NCBI GenBank assembly: GCA_964490395.1
Contig: CAZBAS010000001.1
Coordinates: forward strand, 211,815-275,814
Direction of reading: 5' to 3'
Length of the DNA: 64,000 nt
DNA from: an uncultured Candidatus Saccharibacteria bacterium
GTDB lineage: Bacteria; Patescibacteriota; Doudnabacteria; UBA920
The notes below the pieces were generated by a model. It was not told the DNA's origin. It was given only the letters and a program-made list of their open reading frames with translations, and made no database searches. Shown piece by piece: positions 38,347 through 48,202 of the stretch. Made by a program: the position numbers and the translations under genes. How positions within the stretch are numbered: the first letter of the stretch is position 1; each line of letters begins with the position of its first letter.

Positions 38347-39168
38347 TTATTTTTTTCCGGCCTTGGCAATGGGCCAGAGTAGTTCAAATATTTGACGATG
38401 GGTGTTTGCAAATACTTGGCTTTCAATAATCATGCCAATGAGTTCTTTGTCGACTAAGGAAACCATTGCGACCTTGTTTTTATAGATGTTTATTTCTACC
38501 TGTTCCGTGAATCGATAAGGGGTAAGAGTGCGCGTTTCTCGGAGTTCAATTTTATCTCGGCCCGCTACAGCTAACCCACCAGGTGTGGCAGGGGTGATGG
38601 CACGCATATGTATACCCAGTTTTACCCTACGCTTAATGTACCAGTCTCTAAATCGAGGGATTGTCGTTTCTACAGCTTGTGCATGTCCAAGGGCAAGTAT
38701 TTCTGATCCTGTTTCAAGAAGCAGTGATTCCTCGTATACAGCAGTAATTCCAGGTTTGCCTGTGAAGAAGCGTACTGAAGGTTTGGCAGCGGCGTTGCTC
38801 GCAAGCCCTAGTAGTCCCGGAAGGGCAAATTCCAAATTTGCTATTTTGGCTTTTTCGAGTGCCAGTAGCTTCTGAGGAGAGAGTGGGTTGTAGAGCTTTT
38901 TCTTACCTGAGGCAGCTGATACAAAACCTTTCTGTTCAAGTTCGGCTAACACAAAGTAGGCAGTGGAACGGTGGATACCTGCCTCTTTTGCAATGTCCGA
39001 TACTTCCGCCTGGCCTAATATTAAGAGTGCTAAATACAACGCACTCTCTTTTTCCTCAAGTCCTAGTTGTTGTAGAGTGGTACTATATGCATTCATGTTG
39101 TCCGTAGTATAAACAGAAATATGTATATTGGTCAATATAACGCTTATATAAGATATATAAAGAGTCAT
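38347..39168 (-). CDS. TrmB-family transcriptional regulator-like protein (paralog of 35068)
   Basis: LYLALLILGQAEVSDIAKEAGIHRSTAYFVLAELEQKGFV wHTH; likely start MNAYSTT (39096). Confidence 0.5.
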   Translation of the reverse strand: MTLYISYISVILTNIHISVYTTDNMNAYSTTLQQLGLEEKESALYLALLILGQAEVSDIAKEAGIHRSTAYFVLAELEQKGFVSAASGKKKLYNPLSPQKLLALEKAKIANLEFALPGLLGLASNAAAKPSVRFFTGKPGITAVYEESLLLETGSEILALGHAQAVETTIPRFRDWYIKRRVKLGIHMRAITPATPGGLAVAGRDKIELRETRTLTPYRFTEQVEINIYKNKVAMVSLVDKELIGMIIESQVFANTHRQIFELLWPIAKAGKK

Positions 39169-39219
39169 ACAATTAATATTCCTAGCATTTTATATTATAG
39201 TTTTTCCGGAGGTGTGATA

Positions 39220-39327
39220 TGAAAATCGTTTTGATTGGAGTGGCACTATGCGTGGCCCTGGCGTATATATACGCGTATCGTCACGGCACCAAAATGGGTG
39301 GCGGTAAAAATACCGTTGGCCTGTAAA
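39220..39327 (+). CDS. small hydrophobic peptide (35 aa)
   Basis: Strong RBS ccGGAGGTGtgat-ATG; MKIVLIGVALCVALAYIYAYRHGTKMGGGKNTVGL. Confidence 0.3.
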
Positions 39328-39359
39328 CCCTGGGGGAGTAATCCCCCTTATTAATAATT

Positions 39360-40253
39360 GTGACTATGTATTCCGAAATAATTTCCGCTGAAGACTATGT
39401 ACGTATTATGAGCCAGCATGTGTACATGCAACAGGCAGACGAGCTAGTTGCAGCTACTGCAGTGTGGTGGGCGCGCAGGTTTTCGGGCGCTGCTGCAACG
39501 AGTATGCTTGATATGGGTTGTGGGCCTGGGCGCATTACCAAATTACTGTGGCAGCAGAGAGATATCGGTGTGTGTGGAATAGATATTGATGGCACTTTTT
39601 TAAGCTATGCCAGGGGAGATATGCCCGATACCATGTTTATAGAAGCAGATGCGCTAACGTACAAACACCCTTACCAGGTGCCAGTAATAGTTAGCCATGG
39701 GTTAGACCACCATATTGCGCCGGAATATTTGTCACGGGTACACTCAAATTTACAGACGGGCGGTGTGTATGTAGTGGGCGATGAGTTTTTGCCTTACTAT
39801 GAGACCAATGAAGAGCGTAAAAAGCGCGCCGTAGTGTGGTATGCGCATGTAATTAGTCATGCCACGTATCACCACCATGCATATTTGGCGCAAGAAGAGG
39901 CAAAGACATTACTAGATGATTTGGCCTACGGAAATATTACAGACAGGAAGAACGCAAAACAAATAGAGGCTGTGTTGAGTTCGGCTATAGATATTGACGA
40001 GGCGGTAAAAGCCCAGCACTGGTCCATGGTAAATGATATGGCCAATGGATTACTCCAGCGGTTGCACGCTTGTGTCAGTGAAGATGTTGAAGTAGATGCA
40101 ACCATTTCTCTGTCACGGGGTGACTACAAAGTATGCCATGCAGAATTTGCAAAAAAAGTTGAGCAATATGGTTTTAAGGTAGCGAGTGTTCAAACTATTG
40201 GCCCAGTGAATGCTGTTGGGGGTTTTGGTGTGTATGTATTACTAAAAGTGTAG
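39360..40253 (+). CDS. class I SAM-dependent methyltransferase with C-terminal extension
   Basis: MLDMGCGPGRITKLL motif I, GIDIDGTFLSYAR, FIEADALTY. Confidence 0.65.
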   Translation: MTMYSEIISAEDYVRIMSQHVYMQQADELVAATAVWWARRFSGAAATSMLDMGCGPGRITKLLWQQRDIGVCGIDIDGTFLSYARGDMPDTMFIEADALTYKHPYQVPVIVSHGLDHHIAPEYLSRVHSNLQTGGVYVVGDEFLPYYETNEERKKRAVVWYAHVISHATYHHHAYLAQEEAKTLLDDLAYGNITDRKNAKQIEAVLSSAIDIDEAVKAQHWSMVNDMANGLLQRLHACVSEDVEVDATISLSRGDYKVCHAEFAKKVEQYGFKVASVQTIGPVNAVGGFGVYVLLKV

Positions 40254-40348
40254 TTATCTGCGTACACAAAAAACTACGAACTTTACGAGTTCGTGGTTTT
40301 TTGTGGTAAAATACTAATAACTACCAAGCGAGCAGCAAGAAAACAAAC

Positions 40349-40897
40349 ATGGATAAATATATAGAATTACAGCACTTAATACGCAGTTTTAACTGGTATT
40401 CCCCAAGTTGGGACTTGTTTATAGTTTTGTTTTGGCTGGTGGCCGCAGTGTTGTATGCCTTTGCGTCGGGTCGGGGGAGAATACTCTCCATCCTTGTATC
40501 GGTATACATGGCCAAGCTATTAGTTATAGAGGCGCCCTTCTTGCAGAAGATAGTCAATGCGAAACTGAGCATTGTGACCGTATCGCTCCAACACCTAGCG
40601 TTGTTCGGCGGTCTTTTTCTGGTGTTATTCTTCTTTCTATCTAAGTATGGATTTCGAACAGCTGCTGAGGGAAAAAGCGGGGCGCATTTGGTTTTTGGGG
40701 TGCCGTTTTCAATTTTGCAGATAGGGCTACTTATAAACATTGTCCTGAGTTTTCTACCTGTACCAGTCCAAGACTCGCTCCACCCGCTTGTTCGATTTAT
40801 CTTTTTGCAGCCCGGTGCCAATTTTGTATGGCTTATTGCACCGGTCATATATTTAATTGTTTTCGGAAGATTTGTGTCGCATCGTAGCGATGCCTAA
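40349..40897 (+). CDS. CvpA-like membrane protein (putative)
   Basis: 182 aa, 4 TM helices. Confidence 0.35.
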   Translation: MDKYIELQHLIRSFNWYSPSWDLFIVLFWLVAAVLYAFASGRGRILSILVSVYMAKLLVIEAPFLQKIVNAKLSIVTVSLQHLALFGGLFLVLFFFLSKYGFRTAAEGKSGAHLVFGVPFSILQIGLLINIVLSFLPVPVQDSLHPLVRFIFLQPGANFVWLIAPVIYLIVFGRFVSHRSDA

Positions 40898-40918
40898 TGT
40901 TTTATTTATTGAACATAT

Positions 40919-41662
40919 ATGGATCAAGCGTCTTCAGTTCCCACCACTGCCACCCCTCAATTACCAGGAGTGGGCGAGCTTCTGAGTATCTCACTGCATG
41001 AAACCAAGTCACGATATGCCTCCATGCTCGGTTTGAGCGCATTGCCAACGACAGCAGTGATTGTGGCGATTTTTGTGGGTGCGCTGCTTTTTTGGTCAAC
41101 CAAGTCAACCGCGGTAGTTACGGTATTTGGTATTGTAGCGTTTGTCACGTTGCTGGTTGTGGGACTTTGTGCACAAGCGGGTAGCGTGGCAGCTGCTTTG
41201 GTCCCTGCTCATAGTAAAACCTTTATCGAGCTACTCTCGGGTGGCCGGAAACATGCAGGGAGTTTGTTCGTAGTAAGTTTTATATATAGCATTGGTGTTG
41301 CTGTAGGGTTTATGTTTTTAGTGTTTCCTGGTATTTGGCTTGCTTTGCGGTATAGTATGGCGTTTTTTATTGTGGTGGATGAAAATGTTGGCGCACGAGA
41401 AGCTTTGAAGCGCAGCGTAGTGCTCACAAAAGGCCATTTGCGAGCGTTGTTCGTGCGCTTCTTGGTGTATATATTTATCTATATTATTTTGGCAGGGATT
41501 GCAGGCTATGTCTGGCATGTAGCAAACATGAATGGGGTGTCTGCCCCCGATAATTTTAACCCGGTTTCCCTGATAAACATTTTTCTTGCCCCCTGGTATA
41601 TAGTCTATGCAGCAGTATTGTATAGAGCTCTGCAAATAACAAAGGCACAGAGAAGTTTGTAG
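40919..41662 (+). CDS. hypothetical polytopic membrane protein
   Basis: 247 aa, ~5 TM helices. Confidence 0.4.
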   Translation: MDQASSVPTTATPQLPGVGELLSISLHETKSRYASMLGLSALPTTAVIVAIFVGALLFWSTKSTAVVTVFGIVAFVTLLVVGLCAQAGSVAAALVPAHSKTFIELLSGGRKHAGSLFVVSFIYSIGVAVGFMFLVFPGIWLALRYSMAFFIVVDENVGAREALKRSVVLTKGHLRALFVRFLVYIFIYIILAGIAGYVWHVANMNGVSAPDNFNPVSLINIFLAPWYIVYAAVLYRALQITKAQRSL

Positions 41663-41695
41663 GGTTTGCGTTAGCCGATATTCATATTTTTTTAA

Positions 41696-41878
41696 GTGTG
41701 GTGTGGTATGGTAGAAGTAATTAATCGGTACACGCCCATGAACACTCACGCATATAAATTTATTTGTGACTCGTGTGGAGCAGCTTCTGCGCGATACCGT
41801 TTTTGCACAGGCTGTGGAGTGCCTATGACAATGTATAGTCGTCGCGCACATAGCCCCCACCCGGTCACGTATATATAA
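41696..41878 (+). CDS. small zinc-ribbon protein
   Basis: CDSCG ... CTGCG paired CxxC. Confidence 0.35.
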   Translation: MWCGMVEVINRYTPMNTHAYKFICDSCGAASARYRFCTGCGVPMTMYSRRAHSPHPVTYI

Positions 41879-41911
41879 AAAAATCCCGCACGAATGTGCG
41901 GGATTTTTTTA
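41878..41911. terminator. bidirectional intrinsic terminator
   Basis: aaaaaaatcccgcacgaatgtgcgggattttttt between convergent ORF 41696 and the cysteine desulfurase. Confidence 0.7.
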
Positions 41912-41916
41912 TATAC

Positions 41917-43182
41917 CTATACTAGTTGTTGAGTTGTGCTACGCAATTGTTTTACCAGATTGGTGAGCTGCTGAAGGGTGTAATTGAGCTCCGCTTTAGT
42001 CGTGTATTTTCCTAGGGTAAAACGAATACTTCCGCGCATATATGCGTCTGAAAGCCCGATTGCCTGGAGCACGTGGGATGGGTCTGTACTCTGCGAGGTG
42101 CAAGCACTACCCGTGGCCACAGCTATGTTGCATGCGTCCAGATAAATAACGAGCGCTTCTCCGTCTATGCCCGCAAACGAGACATTGATGTTGTTAGCCA
42201 AGCGGTGGGGGTGTTGTTTAAGGGCTTTGCTATCGCCAAGCTGAACGGCTGGGCCATTGAGTACGGTGTGGGGGATTACCTTTTGTACACGGGAAATGAA
42301 ATAATCGCGCAATACTTCTAGTCGCGCTACTTCTTTTTTTTGTTCTGTATGGGCAAGTGTGAGTGCTTTGGCGAAACCAACTACGCCTGGAACATTTTCA
42401 GTGCCGCTCCGTAAGTTTTTCTCTTGCCCACCACCATATATGATGGGTTCAAGATGCACTCCTTTTCGTACAAATAAACATCCGGTCTGCTTAGGACCAT
42501 AGAGTTTGCTGCCGTTGAGCGTAAGTAGGTCAACGTGAAGCTTTTGTACATCAACATCCAAATAGCCTCCTGCTTGGCAGGCGTCAGTGTGGAATAGAAT
42601 ATTGGTAGTCGGTTGTCGGTTGCCGGTAATCGGTTGCTTCGATCGCTTCGCGTTCTCCGTGCGGATAATTTTGCCAATCTCGGCAATGGGTTCTATGGTA
42701 CCAATTTCGTTGTTGGCATACATGAGACTTACCAGAAAAGTATCGGGGCGTATGGCCTTCTTAAGCTCGTCGAGCCTAAAAAAACCTTCGGAGTCCACGC
42801 CAATTTTGGTTACCGCAAAGCCTTGTTTTTCCAGTGCGTCTAGTGCATGTAGCACGGCGTGGTGCTCCATGGTAGAAGTAATAATATGCCCGCCAGACTT
42901 GTGATTATTCCGATAGCTATTCGCAGCACCTACAATAGCAAGATTAATGCTTTCGCTGCCTCCTGCAGTAAATACTATTTCATCTGGGCGGCAGTTCAGC
43001 ACAGCCGCAATGGAGCTGCGACAGCTTCTGAGAGCTTCCGCAGCGCCTAGGCCGAGCTTATACAATGCGGAAGGGTTGCCAAATTGCTTAGTCCAAAAAG
43101 GCGCCATTGCTTTAAGCACCTCAGGTCGTACTGGGGTCGTAGCAGCGTAGTCTAGGTAAATTTGTTTACGGTTCGACTTCAT
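41917..43182 (-). CDS. cysteine desulfurase (IscS/NifS family, PLP-dependent)
   Basis: YLDYAATTP, PLP-lysine region LNGSKLYGPKQTG, GSACTS active Cys; likely start MKSNRKQIYL. Confidence 0.88.
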   Translation of the reverse strand: MKSNRKQIYLDYAATTPVRPEVLKAMAPFWTKQFGNPSALYKLGLGAAEALRSCRSSIAAVLNCRPDEIVFTAGGSESINLAIVGAANSYRNNHKSGGHIITSTMEHHAVLHALDALEKQGFAVTKIGVDSEGFFRLDELKKAIRPDTFLVSLMYANNEIGTIEPIAEIGKIIRTENAKRSKQPITGNRQPTTNILFHTDACQAGGYLDVDVQKLHVDLLTLNGSKLYGPKQTGCLFVRKGVHLEPIIYGGGQEKNLRSGTENVPGVVGFAKALTLAHTEQKKEVARLEVLRDYFISRVQKVIPHTVLNGPAVQLGDSKALKQHPHRLANNINVSFAGIDGEALVIYLDACNIAVATGSACTSQSTDPSHVLQAIGLSDAYMRGSIRFTLGKYTTKAELNYTLQQLTNLVKQLRSTTQQLV

Positions 43183-43352
43183 ACTGGTTGATAATGGATA
43201 TGGAGTGTGCAAAGAGTAAGAGAAATTCCAAATCACACATAACAAGTTCCACATAAATTCCAACCCCCAAACTCATATGAGACTGTATTATCAAAAAATT
43301 GGCAATTGGATATTGGTAATTATGTATGGTATGGTGCTTGATGCTTGGGGCT

Positions 43353-44288
43353 TTATTTTTGAGCGTGCCACCGTGCTGCTATGCCCGTAGACACGAGGCG
43401 GCCATCGGTTTGTTTAAGGCAAAGTTCGCCCGCTTCAATGGAACCACCCTTTTTTAGTTTTAGATTCGATGGTAATACAGGGGAGACAATAGCATCCTCT
43501 ACCATATTTTGCAGTGCCAGAGCAGAGGAGTTGGTGGCGTAGGCGTTTATTAGTAAAAATTGTGCAGATGGTGAAAGAAGTTGCGCTATGTCTTCTAAGA
43601 GCTTTGGCAGGTCATCCGCAAATTTCCATGTTTTGCCATCGGGGGAGTGGCCAAATGCTGGCGGGTCCATGAGGATGCCGTCATACTGAGCGCCGCGCTT
43701 GAGCTCGCGCCTAACAAACTTCACTGCATCGTCTAGGATCCAACGAATAGAATCTTCGGGTAAGTTATTTAGGGCTTGGTTTTCTTTGGCCCACCCTATA
43801 GCAGGCTTGCTGGCATCTACATGCGTAACAAAGCACCCGAGTTTGGCAAGCAAAATACTCGCCCCTCCGGTATACCCAAACAAGTTCAGAATTTTCGGCC
43901 TGTCATTTGTCACTTGTAACTTGCCACTCTGCACTTGTCCGCACAGCCATTCCCAGTTTGCTGCTTGCTCGGCAAAAATACCAGTATGTTTAAAAGCAGA
44001 GAGGCGAGCGTTGAGTTTAACATCCCAATCACCAGTCTTAGTTTCGCCCCTCTGTAAAGGAAGGGGGAAACGAATGGTCCATGGCTGCTCAACAACGGTG
44101 CGAATGTGCCACCGGCCATCGAATATTGCATCCGCTTTCGTCCATTCCTCTTCTGGGAGGTGGCGTTTCCAGATGGCTTGAGGGTCTGGGCGGGCGAGTC
44201 GGTATGTGCCCCAGCGTTCCAGGCGGTACCCGCGGCCAGAGTCAAGGAGCTCGAAGTCAGGAAAGTTTTTTACAGTCTCTAAAAGCAT
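43353..44288 (-). CDS. class I SAM-dependent RNA methyltransferase (RlmI/RlmK-like catalytic domain)
   Basis: ILNLFGYTGGASILLAKLG motif I, GILMDPPAFG motif IV. Confidence 0.65.
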   Translation of the reverse strand: MLLETVKNFPDFELLDSGRGYRLERWGTYRLARPDPQAIWKRHLPEEEWTKADAIFDGRWHIRTVVEQPWTIRFPLPLQRGETKTGDWDVKLNARLSAFKHTGIFAEQAANWEWLCGQVQSGKLQVTNDRPKILNLFGYTGGASILLAKLGCFVTHVDASKPAIGWAKENQALNNLPEDSIRWILDDAVKFVRRELKRGAQYDGILMDPPAFGHSPDGKTWKFADDLPKLLEDIAQLLSPSAQFLLINAYATNSSALALQNMVEDAIVSPVLPSNLKLKKGGSIEAGELCLKQTDGRLVSTGIAARWHAQK

Positions 44289-44363
44289 GTCAGTATTGTA
44301 CCAACCTTATCCTTGAAAAGAAAGCCTTATTACTATATAATATCGAGGCATTCATACAAATAT

Positions 44364-44439
44364 GGGTCTGTAGCTCAGTTGGTAGAGCAGTGGCCTTTTA
44401 AGCCAACGGTCGCGGGTTCGACTCCCGCCGGACCCACCA
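44364..44439 (+). tRNA. tRNA-Lys (anticodon UUU), CCA encoded
   Basis: gggtctgtagctcagttggtagagcagtggcctTTTaagccaacggtcgcgggttcgactcccgccggacccacca. Confidence 0.85.
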
Positions 44440-44517
44440 AAACGCCCCCTAGGGCGTTTTTATTTAATTTCCAGTATGCTATAATGCTAATAACATAAGT
44501 ACTTGATGTGAAATAAA

Positions 44518-44997
44518 ATGAGACAAAAGAATAAAGGTTTTACCCTTATAGAACTATTGGTAGTTATTGCAATTATTGGTTTACTGAGCTCCGTTATTTT
44601 GGTGGCGGTTTACAATGCCCGCGCTAAAAGCCGCGATGCAAAGCGTGTGGGGGATATGAGTCGTATGCCTACTGCGTTTGAGCTGTTCAACTCAACTAAC
44701 AAAGGATATCCACCTGCAACCGGGACCGGTCTTCCTGACTATATGTCGCCCACGTATGTAGCCAGTCTTCCAGTAACTTCGCTTCCAGCAGATGGGGACT
44801 GCGCCACTACAAACCCGACAACTGGCCAGCCTGGAAACCAGTATTATTATGTTCCTACTGGTACTGTATCTACGGCGGTTATTAATGGATCAAATGTAAA
44901 CGTATATTCAGACTATAGCTACTATTTCTGTCTGGGTTCAAAAACAGGAGATTTGTCCGCAGGTATCCATTACCTAACACCAAAGGGTATTCGATAG
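44518..44997 (+). CDS. type IV pilin-like protein (prepilin N-terminal methylation domain)
   Basis: MRQKNKGFTLIELLVVIAIIGLLSSVILVAV. Confidence 0.7.
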   Translation: MRQKNKGFTLIELLVVIAIIGLLSSVILVAVYNARAKSRDAKRVGDMSRMPTAFELFNSTNKGYPPATGTGLPDYMSPTYVASLPVTSLPADGDCATTNPTTGQPGNQYYYVPTGTVSTAVINGSNVNVYSDYSYYFCLGSKTGDLSAGIHYLTPKGIR

Positions 44998-45063
44998 CAT
45001 TATAGATCAAGTAGTATACTGTATGGGCAGGGCTTTGAGTCTTGCCTTTTTTAATGTATTTGT

Positions 45064-45564
45064 ATGACCACTAAAGATATTTTAGACTTCATAAAGGAAT
45101 GCGATGTAACTCTTCCGCACTTTTCCGGTGGGAGAATAGATTATACTACGGCCCCTAAGTGCCCGGTGATAAACGTAATTGTGGTGTACAAGCAACGGGC
45201 GCTACTGCTGAAAAGGAGTGATAAAGTTATGGCGTACAAAGGTAAGTGGAATTGCTTGGGAGGATTTCTGGATGAAGTGGGTACTATAGAGGATAAAATA
45301 CATGAGGAGCTTCGAGAAGAGCTGTCGGTACTGCCCACATTGGTAGAACGAATTGCCTATGTTGATCCAATTGAAGTTGTGGATTCAGTTATCGGCCGCA
45401 CCTGGCTTATTCAACCTGCCGTAGTGGTGCTTAAGGAGCAGCCTATTATTACGTTGGACTGGGAACATACAGACTATGCCTGGGTCACGGAAGACGAAAT
45501 AAAAAAATATGATACGGTAGAGGGCTTGGATAAGTTAATTGAAAAAGCATTCGCTGCGCTCTAA
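45064..45564 (+). CDS. NUDIX hydrolase
   Basis: Nudix box GGFLDEVGTIEDKIHEELREELSV. Confidence 0.7.
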   Translation: MTTKDILDFIKECDVTLPHFSGGRIDYTTAPKCPVINVIVVYKQRALLLKRSDKVMAYKGKWNCLGGFLDEVGTIEDKIHEELREELSVLPTLVERIAYVDPIEVVDSVIGRTWLIQPAVVVLKEQPIITLDWEHTDYAWVTEDEIKKYDTVEGLDKLIEKAFAAL

Positions 45565-45614
45565 TACAGTTATATAGGACAGATAGGACGCATAAAATAG
45601 ATAGAATGAATGGG

Positions 45615-45650
45615 ACAAATAAAAAACCGCGGAGCTAGAGCTCGGCGGTT
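45615..45650 (-). terminator. intrinsic terminator of topA (overlaps stop codon)
   Basis: Minus strand aaccgccgagctctagctccgcggtttttt. Confidence 0.55.
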
Positions 45651-48010
45651 TCTGGTTCTGCAGATTTTTTGGTTGCTGATTTCTTTGTAGAGGATTTTTT
45701 TGTGATAGCTTTGCGTGTAAATCTTTTACTCGTTTTAGGCTTGTCCTTATTTTCGAGCCAGAGTTTGTATTGCTCTTGAAGTTGCTCTTCAGATTCTGGC
45801 TTTAGGTTTATTATGAATTCACAGTCAGGCCAGCGGGTGCAGGCAAAGAACGGTTTACCGCGGCCACGGGATTTCTTTTCAACCACATCACCCGGTTTGT
45901 CTTTTCGGCTATCGGATGCGAGGCACGATGGACACTTGAACCCGGTTTTGTTCCAAATTTTTGCTATACCTTTGCATTTTGGGTAGTCTACACAGCCTAA
46001 GAAGTAGCCGAAACGTCCGCGTTTAACTTCCATTGCTTTACCGCAAATGGGGCATATTTCACCTTTGGTCTTTTCGGTAAGTTCGGCAATCTTTGCAGCT
46101 TCTTCTGGAAGCGGCATAGTAACTTTGCTTTCTGGGTCGGGACAGGCAAGAAACTTACCCATGCGGCCAAACTTAATAAGCATCATCTTACCGCAATGAG
46201 GGCAGGGGGTAGTGGAAGTCTCTACCTGTTTTTCTACAGTCTCTTCTTTTTCTGCTAAATGTTTTTTAAATGGAGTATAAAAATTTCGAATAACCGGCAC
46301 CCATTCTTCTTCGCCTTCAGCAATTTTGTCAAAGTCGGCTTCTACTTTGGCGGTGAAGTTTATGTCTACTATTTCCGGGAAGTTTTCCACGAGCATGTCG
46401 TTCACTAAGTAGCCAACCTCAGTCGGCGCGTACTTTTTATCTTCCTTGGTAACGTAATCGCGTTCCTGGATGGTTGCTAAGGTAGGCGCATAGGTGGAAG
46501 GACGACCAATGCCGTGGGCTTCAAGTGCTTTGACTAGCGTAGCATCGGTATACCGCGCAGGTGGTTCGGTAAAATGCTGGAGAGGGAGTAGCTCGCGCAA
46601 TTTGAGTTTCTCTTCTATAGATAGCTCAGGGAGTACACCTTCTATTTCGTCCTCTGCTTTTTCATCGAGTCCTTCGGTGTAGGCACGAATAAATCCGTCG
46701 AATTTTACTACTTGTCCGTTTGCTCGGAAAACATAGCTTCTAGCTTCTAGCTTCAAGCTGCTAGCTGAGATGTCTACTGAAGTTTGGTCGAATACTGCCT
46801 GCTGCATTTGAGAGGCAATGGTACGTTTCCAAATGAGATCGTATAGTTTGCCATGGCCTTTATCTGCGGTGCCTGCTTTGAAGTCTTGGGGTAGCATGGC
46901 CAAGTTGGTCGGACGGATAGCTTCGTGTGCTTCTTGCGCGCCTTTGGATTTGTTTGTAAACGTGCGGGGAGCTGAAAGGCCGTATTGTTTTCCAAACTCG
47001 GATGCAATAACCTCTTGGGCCTGCGTGAGGGCGCTAGCGGCCAAATTTAAGCTGTCAGTACGCATGTAGGTGATGTGCCCATGCTCGTAGAGCTGTTGGG
47101 CAATCATCATGGTCTGTTTGGCAGAGAAGCCTAATTTTCGCGCTGCTTCTTGCTGGAGAGTAGAGGTGGTGAAAGGCGCTGAAGGGTTTCGTTTAACTTC
47201 CTTTTTTTGAATATCTTTAACAACGTACGATGCGCCCTCAAGGTCTGTGACAATAGTCTTGGCATCTTTTTCTGAACCTATGTCCATCTTGCTCACAGAC
47301 TTATCATTTATTTTTGAGAGCTTGCCTGTAAATGTTTGTTCGCTATCCAATTTCGAAAGTGCTGCTTCTATGCTCCAGTATTCTTCACTTTTGAAAGCTT
47401 GTATTTCTCGTTCACGCTCTACAACGAGTCGTACAGCAACACTCTGAACTCGGCCGGCAGAAAGACCGTAGCGAATTTTGCGCCACAAAAATGGGGATAG
47501 TTCATAACCAACGAGTCTGTCTAAAACCCGGCGCGCCTGCTGCGCGTCTACAAGGTTTTGATCGATAGAGCGAGGGTGGGCGAGCGCTTCTTCTATGGCT
47601 GTTTTGGTAATTTCATGAAATACAATGCGCTTCACCCTGTCCGTATCTACCTTTACCTCATCCGTTTTCGAGTCATCTGCTTTTGCCTTCTTCTTGGGTT
47701 TGCTTTCGTCCAAGTCGAGGGCTTGTACTAAGTGCCAGGCAATGGATTCACCTTCGCGGTCTTCATCACTAGCCAATATAATTTCCGGCGCATGTTTTGC
47801 CAGTGCCTTGAGTTTATCTACTGTTTCCTGTGCCTTTGGGGGAATGACATATTTAGGCTCGAAGTCGTGTTCGGTGTCTATGGATATTTTTGACTTTGGT
47901 AAGTCGCGAATATGACCAAAAGACGCCTCAACATCGTACTTTCCGGCGAGGAATTTGCTAATGGTTTTCGCCTTGGTCGGCGACTCTACTATTATTAAAG
48001 GTTTGGACAT
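45635..48010 (-). CDS. topA: DNA topoisomerase I with C-terminal zinc-ribbon repeats and Lys-rich tail
   Basis: TOPRIM N-terminus (LIIVESPTKAKTISKFL), active-site region, C4 zinc ribbons (CPHCG..CP..; CPICG..C), KKSxTKKS tail. Confidence 0.92.
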   Translation of the reverse strand: MSKPLIIVESPTKAKTISKFLAGKYDVEASFGHIRDLPKSKISIDTEHDFEPKYVIPPKAQETVDKLKALAKHAPEIILASDEDREGESIAWHLVQALDLDESKPKKKAKADDSKTDEVKVDTDRVKRIVFHEITKTAIEEALAHPRSIDQNLVDAQQARRVLDRLVGYELSPFLWRKIRYGLSAGRVQSVAVRLVVEREREIQAFKSEEYWSIEAALSKLDSEQTFTGKLSKINDKSVSKMDIGSEKDAKTIVTDLEGASYVVKDIQKKEVKRNPSAPFTTSTLQQEAARKLGFSAKQTMMIAQQLYEHGHITYMRTDSLNLAASALTQAQEVIASEFGKQYGLSAPRTFTNKSKGAQEAHEAIRPTNLAMLPQDFKAGTADKGHGKLYDLIWKRTIASQMQQAVFDQTSVDISASSLKLEARSYVFRANGQVVKFDGFIRAYTEGLDEKAEDEIEGVLPELSIEEKLKLRELLPLQHFTEPPARYTDATLVKALEAHGIGRPSTYAPTLATIQERDYVTKEDKKYAPTEVGYLVNDMLVENFPEIVDINFTAKVEADFDKIAEGEEEWVPVIRNFYTPFKKHLAEKEETVEKQVETSTTPCPHCGKMMLIKFGRMGKFLACPDPESKVTMPLPEEAAKIAELTEKTKGEICPICGKAMEVKRGRFGYFLGCVDYPKCKGIAKIWNKTGFKCPSCLASDSRKDKPGDVVEKKSRGRGKPFFACTRWPDCEFIINLKPESEEQLQEQYKLWLENKDKPKTSKRFTRKAITKKSSTKKSATKKSAEPETAEL

Positions 48011-48202
48011 AAGCTAGCTGTAAGCAGTAAGTTGTAAAGTTGTAAGCAAAAACCAGAGACACTAGATACAACTATAGTAAGTGACAATGGCAATTTTAAC
48101 CATGAAGTGTTGGTCTTGTCAAATAGTGGGGGATATTGTAGAATCATTCAGCCCATAAATGGTGCGTAATTTTCCAATAAAACGTAGACGAGGAGAAATT
48201 GT

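Noticed and set aside
42604-42637. GTCGGTTGTCGGTTG-type motif shared between the cysteine desulfurase gene and der (53121-53155), both translated as N-R-Q-(L/P)-T-T linkers
   Set aside because: The shared stretch is only ~14 nt and low-complexity. Roughly ten such chance matches are expected in a 64 kb window, so it does not support a repeat family.
46735-46775. tagcttctagcttctagcttcaagctgctagc simple repeat inside topA
   Set aside because: It is a short tandem/palindromic run inside the coding frame. There are no additional copies in the window and no evidence it is an insertion.
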